Of a DNA stretch of 64,000 bases, positions 50,370 to 64,000 are shown one piece after another. Under the pieces are notes generated by a model, which saw only the letters and a program-made list of their open reading frames with translations, was not told the origin of the DNA and ran no database searches. Source of the DNA: Bispira polyomma (taxonomy: Eukaryota); assembly GCA_965649765.1 (NCBI GenBank), contig OZ287748.1, positions 107,198,001-107,262,000 of the forward strand, given 5' to 3'. A program made the translations under genes and the position numbers. Within the stretch, counting starts at the first letter, position 1; the number at the start of each line of letters is the position of its first letter.

Positions 50370-52330
50370 TCGGTATGCTTGGCGGTAAAGTGCTAGTTGA
50401 ATAAAAATAAAATTAATTAGTGCAATAAAGAGCACTATGATTTAATCATTAATGAGAACTCAAACTCACCAAAAAGGTTATGGAGCTCCATAAATAAGAT
50501 ACTCGATCGCACAGCTGAAAAAGTCTGAAAATCATGCACTGCCTCACATTTCTTGCAGCGAAATTTGGGAAAATTCTCATTGAAAAAATAACCAAAATTC
50601 AAGAAGGTTTTTCAACAATGCTACAGTTCTCTCCACCATTCCCTGGCTATATAGTCTTAAATCTGCTACATTTTAAACCACTTTCCAAGAACAATGTTCT
50701 TAAACTCATAAAATCCAACTCTATCAAATCCTGTGAACTGGATCCTATTTCTGCCACTGTTCTCATAGAATGTCTCATTTTTTGCTTAGGGATGGTATTT
50801 TTCCCTCTTGTTTCATAACTGCATATGACGCCCTCTTGCTGAAAAAACCAGGCCTTGACAAAAATAGGCTAAAAAATTATAGACCAGTCTCTAACCTCAG
50901 CTTTGTATCTAAACTTATTGAGAAAGCTGTTGCTAAAGAAATTCATGACCACCTTAATAAACAAAATCTAGCTAACTGCAACCAATCTGCCTACAGAAAA
51001 TTTCACTCCACGGAGAGTGCCCTCCTTTCAATCAGTGATGACATTAACCTTGCCTTGGATCGTGATGAAACTGTAGCCTTCACCCTTCTCGATCTCTCCG
51101 CAGCTTTTGATAACATCGACCATAGCTTACTCTTTGACACCCTAAAACAGTGGTTTGGTCTTAATGGTACTGTCCTTGATTGGATCAAATCGTACCTTGC
51201 TCTTAGGACCCAAAAAATCAAATTGGGCCACCATTTTTTGTCCTCTTTTAACCTACCATTAGAGGTCGGTTCTCGGCCTTTTACTGTTTACCCTCTACAT
51301 CCATCCTCTCAGTGAAGTAATCAATAATCACAATGTTAAACATCACATGTATGCTGATGACACTCAAATCTATCTCTCTTTTGACACTCAGAATGCCGGA
51401 TACAACCTGGATTTACTTGCCAACTGTCTCTCCTCAGTTCAGGTATGGATGAACTACTCCAAACTGAAACTAAACCCTGACAAAACTGAATTCAACCTAA
51501 TTGGAAATAAGAAACACAGTGAATACTTTAGATTACTTTTCCCAATCACACTGCTGGGCAATGAGATTCAACCTTCAGACCAAGTCAAAAACCTAGTTGT
51601 CACTATCGACCCTGCTTTTTCATTTCTTCCTCAAATTAACAGCATCCCCCGTTTCTGTTACTATCACATTCGAGACCTAAAAAGAATCAGAAATTATTTG
51701 TCACTAAATACTGCTATCACTGTGGCCAACGCTCTTGTAAGTAGCCACATTGACTACTGTAATTTTCTTCTGTATGGAGCCAATAAGTCCAACATTAACA
51801 AGTTGCAGTCTATTCAAAACTATCTATGTAGAGTCATCTTTTGTTTGGGAATCCGTACTGATGTCACTCCATACCTCAAGAAACTTCAGTGGCTTCCTAC
51901 TCAGTATTGAATCCTGTTTAAAATGCACGTAACCATTTTTAAAGCTGTTGTCTCTCAACAGCCTCACTACCTCGCTACTAAACTGTCCCTCAGCAGCCTT
52001 AAAAGGGGAAAAAGACTCTCTTTTTCCTGAAGAAAAAACCACCAAGAGGGTTGGATCTAGAGCCTTCTCGGTCACCGCACCTAGTTTATGGAACAATCTT
52101 CCAGCTGAACTTAGACTGCTTGAAACACTTTCGGGTTTTAGGAAAAAGCTTAAAACCTGTCTCTTCAGACTCGCCTATCCGCAGTAGTCCTCTTCCTGGG
52201 CGTTGACGCATCCATCCTTACGACCTGGCTATATTTTTTTATTGGCTGATTGATTCTGATGTTGTGCCTTAGAAGATGCCTAGCATCAATAAGGCGTGTT
52301 AAAAATGCATAATACAATACAATACAATGG
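50370..52330 (+). mobile_element. Degraded L2 LINE
   Basis: NYRPVSNL, LDLSAAFD, YADDTQ, WNNLP motifs; (aatac)n tail. Confidence 0.9.
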
Positions 52331-53419
52331 TATCCTGATAATAGCATGGTGTTCCTTATAAATGTTAATGCTATTAATACATATTGCTCTTATACAACAT
52401 TATATGTATTTTTATGAAATTTATCACATGGGCTTTGAATCATTAGTTATTGCACATGCCTTATTTGTAGATGATTTTTTTTTTGTGGATTTTGGTTAAA
52501 ATATATTGAATATAGTCCCACCCAATTCTGTTACAGAAGCCATACAAAGCAATTTAAGCATTATGAGTGCACTGTAAATGCCTGAATCAGGACAAATAAA
52601 TGTACAGATTAGCTGTAATAAATATCAGTCCAATCATGAAGACGATGGACGCAGCAAGGTCACAAGGAAAAATGTGGGGTGTACAAGAGGGAACTAAGGT
52701 GGATAAGCACAGCTAAAAAGACAGGTTTTAAGTTTTTTCCAAAAGTATTTCCAGTGATCTGAGGTCAACTGGGAGACTGTTACATAACCAGGGGGCTGCA
52801 ATAGAGAAAGCTCAGGATCCATCCTATTGGTGGGTTTAACCGAAGGAACAGAAAGTCTGTTACCTCTTTTCACGTTACTGAAAGAGAGAAGGGAAGCAAA
52901 GTAGGATGACTGTTTAGTGACTACAGCCTTGAATGTGGTGACATGCATTTTGATATAAATTATGTGGTGAATAGGAAGCCAGTATAGTTTTTTGAAGTGT
53001 GAGTCCCGAGGCGACAAATGACCCTGCATAGATAGTTTTAAATGGACTGTCGCTTTTTAATCTGTGAATTGTTTACTCCAAACAAAAGGGAGTTGCAGTA
53101 TTCAATGTGACAAATTATAAAGGTATTTACAACAATTATAGAAGTGTCTAGTGACAAGTGGTTTCTGAATATTTCAATGTCACAAATATAGTAAAAGCAG
53201 GAATGGCAGATCTTGCCAATATGAGTGTTAAATGAGAAGACAGATTCAAAAGTGAACATATTGTCCAATGTATTGTTATTATTATGAAGTTTTAACATGC
53301 TTTATTGATGCTAGGCATCTTCTAAAGTGCAACAGCAGAATCATCGATCCAATCATAAAGTCCATTTGTATAGCAAAGTCTTAGGAAAGAAGTGGGACCG
53401 TGCATGAGGGCAGCTAATG

Positions 53420-56400
53420 CTAAAGCTTAATGTATCTATCTGTCATATATCCAACTTGATCATTACTAATCAATTTTGGCAGAAATTTTTGAAGTCTGTT
53501 AGTTAGTGCTTTTGGTAATATTTTATAGTCTGTATTCAAAATACTAACAAGCCTCCAGTTACATAAATACCTCAAATCTTTACCTTCTTTTGGAATAAGT
53601 TTGAGAATACCTATTCTTTGATCATCTGTCAGTGTGTCACTTTCAAGAGAGTAATTACTATCAAACAATATATCTTTTATATCAGGTCAAAAAAACTTGT
53701 AGAAATTAGTTGTGAACGCGTCATTTCCAAGTGTTGTATTATTAGATAATTGCTTTAATGCTGTTGAAATTTCTTCTATCAATAATAATTAATCACAAAA
53801 TTTTTTCTCTATATTATTTAATTTTGGGATATTTTGGTCAGAAAGATTTATTTCTGGGTAAAGATATCATATCTTACACTGATACAAACAACTTACCGGG
53901 CTATTTTGTACTTGTTGATTTTGAGAAAGTATTTGATAGTGTAGAATGGCCTTTCCTTTTTAAATGTTTACAATCTTTTAACTTTGGTGAAACATTCTTA
54001 CGATGGACAAATGTATTTTACAAGGATATCCAGTCTTGTGTTTGCAATAAATGGCTATGTCTCACAATACTTCAACCTCACCATGGGAATACAAGGGTAT
54101 CTTATCTCAGTACTACTTTTGTTATTAGTTGCAGAGATTTTGGCTACATACATACGAAATAATTAGGGCAACCAGTGCAATTAGTGTGGGTAAAGAGAAA
54201 TACAAAATATGCCAACTGGCAGATGATACAACCTTATTTCTTTGAAATATTACTTCATTAGTAGAATCAGTTTTATCATTGAACAATTTCAAAAAATGCT
54301 CTGGTCTGAAAATAAATTAAGAAAAAAACCAACAGTAGTACCTACAAGGGAAATGTAAATTAAAACAGTCAAAACTCCAAAAAGAAATTATGATTTATGC
54401 CAGTCATGATGATTTTAAGACATTAGGAGAATGGTTCTCCTTTGACCAAAGGGAAATGACCTCTGGAAAAGATATTTGGTGATGATTACCTCAATTTTTT
54501 GTAGGACTAAAATCCTGCTAAGATAAAGAAAGAAACTATTTTATCTAACTTCAGCTCAGGAGGACTGCGAATGCCTAATATCTTTACTATTTATATTTGT
54601 GCTAAAAAAGGAATTAAAAAATTAATTTCAAATGATACTTAAATGCCCAAATGGATATCATTAACATGGTATATGTTATCTATTAATAGAGATTTAAATA
54701 AGCATAAAATACCATTGTCTTACTGTGGTAAAGGCAAATACATGATTTAAAAATATTTTATTTCACAATTGGCAGAAACAATAATGTTATATTAAGCCGC
54801 TTGCTGTGATTTGCCTCTGGTCACAATAGACAGGTCGAGATATCTAGCCAAACTCTTTAATAAAACATCTGATATTAACTATTCACAATTGTAAAATTAT
54901 TATTATTTAATACAGTAAAGTCATACAATATATTTGTTGCAAAGTAAATACTGACAGTCACCACGCATCGTGTATTCAAATATAAATCAATCTTTAAGAT
55001 CTCTAAATAGGAATAGTATGGTTACATACACAACTAGAACATACATGAAATTAAAAACAGATTAACACAATTTAAAATAATTTCTAGGAGAATCTGTTTG
55101 TAGTTAAAATGTAATCCTGTTTCTAACTCATTGCAATCAAATTTGTCTTGGTAGCTATATTAGCATTACCCCTCAATAGGTTTGACAAGGTTACCTCGAA
55201 ATTTATTTGATTCAATTTGTTCCACAGTTCTATTCTGAGATCATAATATAGTGGGGAGCTACAACAGTAATGATAAGCATTTTCTGTTAAAGCAGTGCAG
55301 CGGCATTTGCAGTCGGGTATGATATTCAAATTAAACAGATCTGAATTTAATCCGCTACAATTCATTCATACATTTGATTGTATAATAGATAGTTTCCTGT
55401 CACCACTACTCTACCACAGTGGTGGCTTTGTCGCCTTTGGTTAATGAGATTTAAATGCCAACGTAGAAGTCAGGGGTTTGTTCACAGAGCCTACTTCAGA
55501 ATTATATTCGCGAATTGTTTGAGGGAAAAAGGATCTGGTAAACAAGCTTGTTCTTGCCCCAATATTCAAAACTTTATTAGTTTTTCGTAAGCAGTAGTTG
55601 GATCTTCCTGCGTTTAAGCATATCGAGTTTCTTAAGTATACTGGACTTTTATCTCGTATTATCTTGTGAAGTGTAACATTGCGCGATATTTGTCTGCGGT
55701 TTTTTAATGAGTCCCAGCCCAGCTCGTTATATACTATCTCTGTTGGTGTCCAGATAATGGCAACACTTACAATCCTAGCTACCCTTTTTTGCACCTTTTC
55801 TAGTTGATCAGACTGATAATTTGTGCAGTTGTCCCATATAGAGCTCCTATATTCCAAAAGTAGTCTTATGAAGCACTTGTACATATAGTGTTCAAAGTAT
55901 TTCTGTTAAGTTTATACTTTGAGACAGTCATGATGTTTAGTCTTTTATTAGCTGATTGGCACATGTTATTTATTTTAATATACCATTGTAAGTTGTTTTG
56001 CAGTGTTAAACCTAAGTGCTTGTGATGGGACACATTTTCTAAGATCTGATTATTAAACTGTAGGTCAGGTAAAACTTGTCGGTCCTTTTTTAGAGTATAA
56101 TACATTGATTTAATTTTTTTCAGGACTAAATGTTACCAACGATTGCTTTGCCCACTGGTGTATATTGTCTAAATTGTTATTCGGAGAACTACTACTTCTG
56201 ACAAGATCGTCATCAACCGTGACATATAGCATAGTATCATCAGCAAACAATCTAATTTCATTAGTTATAGTATCAGTCAGATAATTTATATATACGAGGA
56301 ATAGCAATGGACCAAGCACTGATCCTTGTGGGACGCCAGCCTTTATATGTCCAAGTAATGAGGCCTCACTATTTATCACTACCCGTTGTTTTCTTTCAGA

Positions 56401-58200
56401 TACATAATTTTCAAACCATGCTAACAGTGAACTTTCGATACCAATTTTAAAATAAAATACCATTCTTATATCCTTTTTATTATCTAATGATTCTGCAAAA
56501 AGATGATACAAATGGGATTCATTGATATACGATTGAATCACCAGGTGTAAATCCAGATTGTTTTGATGTAATTAGATGGTTGTCTCTTATATAATTGAAC
56601 ATATATTTGAATACAACCCCTTCAAACATTTTACCTACACAGCTTAGCAAATAAATGGGTCTGTAAATACTAATCAAATGAGGATCACCTTTTTTATATA
56701 AAGGAATGACATGTGCTTCCTTCCGACTTTGGGAAAACTTCTTTAACTGTAGTGACATATTAAATAAGTGACAAAGAGAAGGTACTATAGAATCATCCGT
56801 CTCCTTTAGCGTTAACGGGCTTATGAGATCAGGGCCACTAGTCTTACCAATGTCAATCGATTTTATTAGGTCTAGAACGTCAGTTTCACTGGCTGTTATG
56901 TTTGAAAGCGTTTTAGGTGCCCTTTGATTTGCTGGTATCCTCATTCCTTGATCATTCAGCTTAGTGTGTAAAATAAAAAATTTATTAAACAGTTCAGCCT
57001 TGGACTTGTTGTCAGTAATAATGTTGTTACCATCATTCATTGGAGGATAGCTGGTTAATTTGTTTCTCCCTAAAAAGGAGTTGGCTATGTGCCATCACTT
57101 TTTAGGTGACTGTGGCTTATCAGCTAGGTATTTACCAAGATTTTGTTCGTGCGAGTCTTTTGCTTCTGCAATTTCCCTGTTGTAATTGTTATGAATTTGC
57201 TTGTAATTTGACCAATAATAGTCATTGTTATTCCTTTTGGGTAATCTAAAAGCATGGTCTCTCTTCTGTTTAAGTTTTCTCAAGAAGTTATTGAAAAAGG
57301 GTTTGTCACTAGGCCTTATTTCAGCCAATTTGTTTTGTATGGACATACGTATGTTCAGACAGCAAACTTCTAGAAAACAAGCTTTTTAAATTATTAAAGA
57401 GCAATACAAAAAATATAACGATAAAAGATATTTCAGATGATAAGGGATATTTTCCAAAATTTAAAAACCTAAAAAGTCAACTCAACTGGAACATTAGTTT
57501 TCACAATTATAATATTTTGTGTAGTGCATTACTAAAATCATGGAAACAAAGGTTAAAGACAAGTACTACGGGTATACAGCAGCATCACAATATTTGTATA
57601 AGGATAAAAGAGAAAATAATGAGCTTTAGCACAGTGAGCAATAAAGCCCTATACTGGAAAGTAGTTATTAGAAAATTAAAAGAACCTACTTCTATTAAAA
57701 CATAAATAGATTATTCCCTTTTTTAGAAGTCGCTCCCTGAAAAAGTATTTTTAATGCAATACTATTATACCATAAAGGAAACATATTTACAAACATTCCA
57801 GTATAAGATCGTCAATAGAACCTTAAACTGTAACTATAATTTGTATAAATACAGTATTGAATAAAACCATTTTGCAATTTTTGCCCTTGTGTCAACACAT
57901 CATATTTACTTGTGTACATATAGCAAACAATTTTGGGAGCTGATTGAAAGTTAATCATTTGAGGGAACTAACCATGAAGTGAGGCATATTTTACAAAATA
58001 TAAATTGAGATATAGTTGCTACATAAATAAACATACATGAGTATTTAAGTTTAAGATGTCAAATTTTATAGAGTATATCTAAGTGTGAAATATTGAAACT
58101 TTATGTATGTGTTTGTTTTTTTGTTTTTTCCTTATTTTATTGTAAGAGTGTGTTCTTGTCAAATGTGCTTATGTATATGTCATAAATTAAAAAAAAAAAA
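53420..58200 (+). mobile_element. L1/Tx1 LINE with inverted 5' segment, interrupted by a CR1-like element
   Basis: Minus-strand RT piece 53420-53790; plus-strand VDFEKVFDSVEW...LADD 53860-54740; C-terminal FQYKIVNR piece and poly(A) 57360-58200. Confidence 0.7.
54790..57350 (-). mobile_element. CR1-clade LINE, degraded
   Basis: YRPIYLLS, QSGF, GVPQGSVLGPLLFL, FADD, HKHLG, and CxC...ENAYHY motifs. Confidence 0.88.
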
Positions 58201-59433
58201 TTAAAAAAAATCTTTACCTGGAAGGGAGATGGGGAATAATGATTTTAATAGCTCACTCTGTTTCTTATTTCCAATGAAAATGAATTCAGTTTTATCAAGA
58301 TTTAATTTCAATTTGGAGTAGTATATCCAAGCCTGGACTGATGGCTGACAGTTAGCAAGTACATCAATATTTTGATGAGCATTTTGAGGGTTGAGAGACA
58401 GATAGATTTTAGTCGTCATCGACATACATGTGTTGTTTTATATTTATATATGTTGTCATATATTTGAAAAGGTAGGGCCACCTGTTTTCAGAACATTTAA
58501 ACACTTAAATGCTGATATGAAATATGGGATATGTGTACTGTATGCGATTGCTTTAAATAGCTATGGTAACACTAGACTTTTTGTATTTTAATAATTGGCT
58601 ACGTCATCAGATTGTGGAATACAATAAAATTTCACCAAGATTGATGATCAGTACTTTAAAAGACTGGCTAAAATGTAATTATTAAAATTTACCACCATTA
58701 ATTAATGTTTGTATGTCATACGGATTTTTTTGTTTCTTATTATAAATTTGTAACATAGCTTATTAAAAATAGGTAATGTCCTATCGACCTGAACATTGCC
58801 AGTAGTTTGCTTGAATTATTTAGCTGTATGGCCAATATGTTATAGAGGTTTCCTTTTTAAATCCCTGAAACGCGGGGGTCACATTTAGCTTTTACCAACC
58901 TTAAAAATGGGTTTTAGTACGTTCATAGGTAAAGAGACACCTGTCGAAAAGTAGTTGAACCAGGTGATAGTTTCTTTAAAACTTTGTCTCATCTGTCGTT
59001 TGTGGAGTAGTTTTTAAGTTTTATAAATCTGCAACTTTATCAGACCGAGCTTTGTTTATTTATTGGTAAGTAAATTGTTCTAACTACATGTCCGATATTT
59101 GATATTTGTTGTGTCCCATATTGTACGGCACTGCATCCAGGATCGCCTCCCCATCAGTGTGATTACAGGGGTGGACAGATTAGCGGACGGGACAGTAACT
59201 TAAAATTTGCTGCATTTAGAAAGCCATCTGTAAAATATTAAGTACTTATAACACCTCCTAATCTTGATGACAAATGTATGAAAAAGATTTTGATTGGCCT
59301 CAGTTATCAATGAACATAGGTGTCAATTGTGATATCCCTAAATTGTAAATGAAATTATAATTTTTTTTGTACAAATGCACACTCATTGAAACCTTCTTGC
59401 AGCTTCTCCAGCGATACTATGGCTACTGTGGGT

Positions 59434-61185
59434 TATACTAAAACTCGGAGCTCTATATGGAGCTCCGTCAAATACAGGGCTCCGTCACAGAGGTAAAATC
59501 ACCTAGATCTTGGGAGGTAGCTCCGTACGGAGGTAAAATCGCCTAGTTCTTAGGAAGTAGCTATGTATGGAGGTTAAATTGCCTAGATCTGGGGAGGTAG
59601 CTCTAAAATTGACTCTATCTTTGGAGTTAACTTGAAAACTACCTCTATTAAATAAAATGAACTCTCTACTGCTCGTGATCATAACTCGGCCGCCTGTTAT
59701 AAATCGGCCACCATAGAATAAATGTGTCACAACTTCAAATTCAGTACATTTATTGGCTAAACAATACTTTACTTCCTTGAATATTAGTATTGTAATTGTT
59801 TTACTTGAATCCTATGGTCTATTTTGTACCTAGATTAATAATAATTACAATTTAAAATGTGACGGCCGATTTACAACTGGCGGCCGAATTATAACCAGAG
59901 GCTGTATCATATTTTATTCTTCATTCAGAGTAATTATACATACACACTGTCTTCAGAACCGCCATTAGCGGTTCACAAACTCGAGGGATTTCGAACCGTC
60001 TACCCCGTTTTTTATAGTTTACTACTGTTCTTTTGAATCTTTTTTTAGAAATAAAGTTTTTTTTTAGAATAAACTCATAAAATTACATTGTATTACACTA
60101 ATAACAATAGAAAGCCTCTTTTGTTGCATCAAAATCCGTTAAGAAATGGCTAAAATATTTTTGTTAAAGAAAAGTTAAAAATATAAGGTAATATATGTTG
60201 GCAGTTCTTGCCAAATCAAAGGTCAAAGACATTTTCAGGGAGTTCCATTATTTGCTTCCTTCCGAAGACAGTCAAATATCCTTTTATGCAAATTAGCCAA
60301 TCTATCTGACCTTTGACTCGGCAAGAACCGCTAACAAATATTAAAAATAGTAAATGTAAACAAATACAAAAATGGCTACTACACATCTTTGAAGTTAAAT
60401 ATCTCTACTGGATTTTGATGGTGGTATACATTAACTACGGGCTTGATAAAAAACAAAATATGAACTTGTAATAAATATCTAAACGGTTCAAAAGGCAAAG
60501 TGATTTAGAAACGTCAGCATGTCACGGTTCTAAATCACATTGTTTTTCAAACCGCCTATGACCTTTCCGAAGCCTCAGCGTTATACATAATACAGGTTAC
60601 TGGTTCTGCCACATTCTTGTGTAGGTTTAACATGGATACTGCTGTATTTATATCTAGCAAATTCTCTCTCTAATTTATTAGAGTTGAGTTTAGAGTTTAT
60701 TGTGTTGAAATCTCAAATCTTCTCAGAGATATTATATATATATTTGCATATTCTTTTCTTTTCCAATACTGCTATTTCAATTTCATCTTTATGCTCTGTC
60801 ATCACATACCAGCATACACTTTCACTACCTTCTTGCTAGTACTAAGCTTGGAGACTGAGAATACATAAACACAAAATTAAATCCTAGACCGTATATTATA
60901 ATCCCTAAATCGGATGAAGAATATATATAACAATACATTGGTTAGTTATTGGACTGCATATAATAATACATTCATACAAAATTAATTCCTTATAAAAATT
61001 TATTTTAAATTACCTCCCAAGATTTGGGCGATTTTCAAGCTACCTCCGTGGATTCAGGCGATTTTAGAGCCACCTCTTAAGATTTAGGCGATTTTAGGCG
61101 ATTTTTTTAACCCTGTATAAAGTGAATTAGGTGATTTTAGGCGATTTCTCCGTCACGGAGGTGATCGCCTCCAAGTTTTAGTATA
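59434..61185. mobile_element. TIR element with aaaatcgccta subterminal repeats, containing smaller MITEs (~59670-59905, ~60196-60336)
   Basis: tatactaaaactcggag ... ctccaagttttagtata; inverted subterminal motifs; no transposase ORF. Confidence 0.6.
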
Positions 61186-61227
61186 GCTACTGTTTATTGT
61201 AGGCAACTAGAATATTAAAGAAATTTA

Positions 61228-62490
61228 TTATGTCCATCCCAGTGGGGGTGGACATATTATTTTTGCTTTTTCCGGCGTCCGGCGTCCGTCACGCTTGGTT
61301 TCCGGTCATTTCAAGGAAAAGTATTTCTCCTATGTTTACCAAATTTGGTATGGGTGTTTATTGGGTTAATAGCTTGCATGGGATTGCTTTTGGTGAAGAT
61401 AGCTCTATAGCTAACTGATTAATAGCTACTTGCTTACTTTTATGCACTTCTTTGGTTTCCGGGCATTTTAAAGAAAAATATTTGACATATCTTTACCAAA
61501 TTTGGTATGACCAATAGTTAGGTCAATAGCTTGCTTGGGATTGCTTTTAGTGATAATAGCTATATAACTCGCTCATTAATAGCTACTTAGCTACTTTTTG
61601 TAGCTTTTTCATTTTAAGCATTTTAAAAGAAAAGTATTTAACCTATGTTCAGGAAAAGTATTTATCCTATCTTTACCAAATTTGGTATGGGCGTTTATTA
61701 GGTTAATAGCTTTCATTGGATTGCTTTTGGTGAGGATAGCTCTATAGCTAACTGGGTAATAGCTACTTAGCTACTTTTGTATACTTCTTTTGATTCCGGG
61801 CATTTTAAGGAAAACTATTGGATATATCTTTACCAAATTTGGTATGAGCAATAGTTAGGTCAATAGCTTGCTTGGGATTGCTTTTAGTGATAATAGCTAT
61901 ATAACTGAGTAATAGCTACTTAGCTACTTACAGTAGCTTTTTTTTTTAAGCATTTTAAAGGAAAAGTATTTCACCTATGTTCACAAAATTTGGGATGGAG
62001 GATTATTGGATCAGTAGCTTGCTTGGGATTGCTTTTGGTGGTAATACCTTTATAGCTAACTGAGTAATAGCTACTGTGCTATATGGCTAATATGCTATTT
62101 TGAGTTGACTTTTTTTCTGGACATTGTTTTCTATCTTCACAAAAATTTATATGAAGGATAATTGTGTCAATAGTTTGGTCGATGATAGTGTAGTAATGCT
62201 TTTATAATAAATATTCTATTTAAAATGTATGATCACTTGTTATACTACTTCAATAATTTCTTGTGTTTTATAAGTCTTGCATTTCCACCCTTGCTAAAAA
62301 TATCCCAATGTGTAACTTTGATTAAAAATTTGTGTTCAGACATTTTAAAACAGTTCTATAAGACTACTGTGCAATTGTTCCAAAAGGTTCATGGGGTGGA
62401 CATTACACATGCTAATGTGTGTTCTTCTATGCTATCCTGTTTCTTTTCATATGTTGCAGCTACTCTTAACAGGGCGTCCTATTTCTAGTT
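61228..62490 (+). mobile_element. Helentron-associated element, copy 2 (inverted relative to 17040-18338)
   Basis: Reverse-complement match to copy 1 along its whole length. Confidence 0.75.
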
Positions 62491-63847
62491 TTTTACTACA
62501 ACAAATGAAATGTCAATGTAGTGGTGGCAGTGTATATATAATTAGAAGTGATTAGGCTGTCACAAATAAATCATTAGACATCGGGTGCCGAAGTACAAGT
62601 ATTTGATATACCTCGGATCCCATATTTTTATGAAGTTATTTATTGAAGCTCTAACTTATATAATCCAAATATATAAATTATAAGAATTGTTTGTTTTCAA
62701 ATAATATTTTAACATTTCTAGATACAGCTCCAACTTTCGCCTAGAACGATCTTTGTTAATGTGAAATAAGCTCATAAAAAAAATGTTAAAACTCCTGAAT
62801 CTATGAGATACAAGGCTATATATCAATATAAGCGGCACAGATATGAGGTAATATATATTACCGGTTACTGCCGAGTCATAGGTCAGAATCAGTTAAATAT
62901 CCTTATACGGGAGTTATTGCTTAAGGGTGCTCACAACAGTGGTAGATTGCCTTATTTGCATCTAATTCTTCCATTGTTACTCATTTAAGTGAAAGTTTCA
63001 ACTATCATTATTTTCACCCTTATCTGCCTCAGCACTCGTACCTATGAATTATAGTTACAGCTATCCTTATTCTCGCCTGTTTTTTGGTCAGTTTATCTAT
63101 AAGATTCACATGAACTTTGCCATCTTGATATAAGGAGATAGATATGACTATAAAACTCCACCCGCACCCGTGAAAAGAATGGTCACAACCCTTCCAATAC
63201 TGGTGCAGGTGTGGAATTAAGGTTTCATGGGTACAGGTGCGGACAGGTGTAACTGTACAGTATAAATATAACCAGATCCTTATTTTATTGCTACGGGTGC
63301 AGTTACGGGTAAAGAAGGATAGGTGAAACTTGTACTTCACACATGCTTCACTTCCCAATCAATATCAATTGAATCAACAGAATTTCACAGAAGTCCCCGA
63401 AAATAGCTATATTTATCTTGTCTTCAATCAAAAAATATTGTAAAGTACTAAAACAACCATACATGTCCCTTATATGTGCACAGCTTTGCTTAACCTATTT
63501 AATACTTGCGCATCGTGGACCCGATGCCTATTCCCTTGCTATATAATTTATGATGTATGTGTTACACCCAATTGGTGAAATTACCCATTTCGTACAATGA
63601 AATGAAAGTCGTCTGTTACGACACCATATTATAATAAACGTCTCACCTTGTCACAACATTAATATTAACTTATATATTACTTATACAACTGTTTAAGAAA
63701 CTATAGTTTATTTGATGAGATGTTTAATTTAATATCTTACATTTGCGCATATAGTCTCTTCTCTTAATTTCGACGTGCTCGCTAGATTGCAGCACTCTAA
63801 AAAAGTAAATAAACAAATTTTTGGTAATTCAATCCTAATGATAGGGG

Positions 63848-63924
63848 TGGGAAGGGTAGTAAGAATGCTGTCTTGAGTATTGGCATGGGAAGGGTAGTAA
63901 GAATGCTGTCTTTGAGTATTGGCA
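63848..63924. repeat. ~38-nt tandem duplication
   Basis: gggaagggtagtaagaatgctgtcttgagtattggca occurs twice. Confidence 0.85.
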
Positions 63925-64000
63925 AACGTCTAACCATCCCGAATTCGGGTACCTACAAATTTAGTATGCCTATTTCCAGAAACTATTCTGGCAATATAGC

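Larger units (their letters stand above)
52540..58435 (-). mobile_element. Old L2 LINE split by later insertions (pieces ~52540-53270 and 58205-58435)
   Basis: The KLKLNLDKTEF piece at 58.2-58.4 kb continues into the FSFNTHI...YWLP...LKTCLF piece at 53.2-52.7 kb. Confidence 0.65.

Noticed and set aside
59040-59075. Possible + strand first exon ending in ttg|gtaagt
   Set aside because: A single donor motif with no ORF, partner exon or promoter evidence.

Overview
AT-rich metazoan (invertebrate-like) genomic DNA with two assembly gaps. Positions 1-27.8 kb hold two convergent intron-containing genes: the last five coding exons of an anoctamin/TMEM16 gene (+ strand, 210-10596) and seven coding exons of HSPBAP1, a JmjC hydroxylase (- strand, 26672-14230). 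All exon phases join in frame. Positions 27.8-64 kb are nested, decayed transposons: hAT, a BEL/Pao LTR element containing a Gmr1-like gypsy element that itself contains a TTAA-flanked MITE, L1/Tx1, L2/CR1, and Helentron-associated elements. The most striking observation is that most exon boundaries of both unrelated genes, and both stop codons, carry their own private tandem array (units about 17-73 nt, 2 to about 60 copies). Many arrays are copies of the splice site plus the exon edge, so the functional junction sits next to a row of intact decoy donors or acceptors. One 1.1-kb intron is made almost entirely of copies of its own two splice sites. Comparable arrays are scarce in the exon-free right half outside TE bodies. 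Coordinates and copy numbers were read by eye and are approximate; no searches were run.
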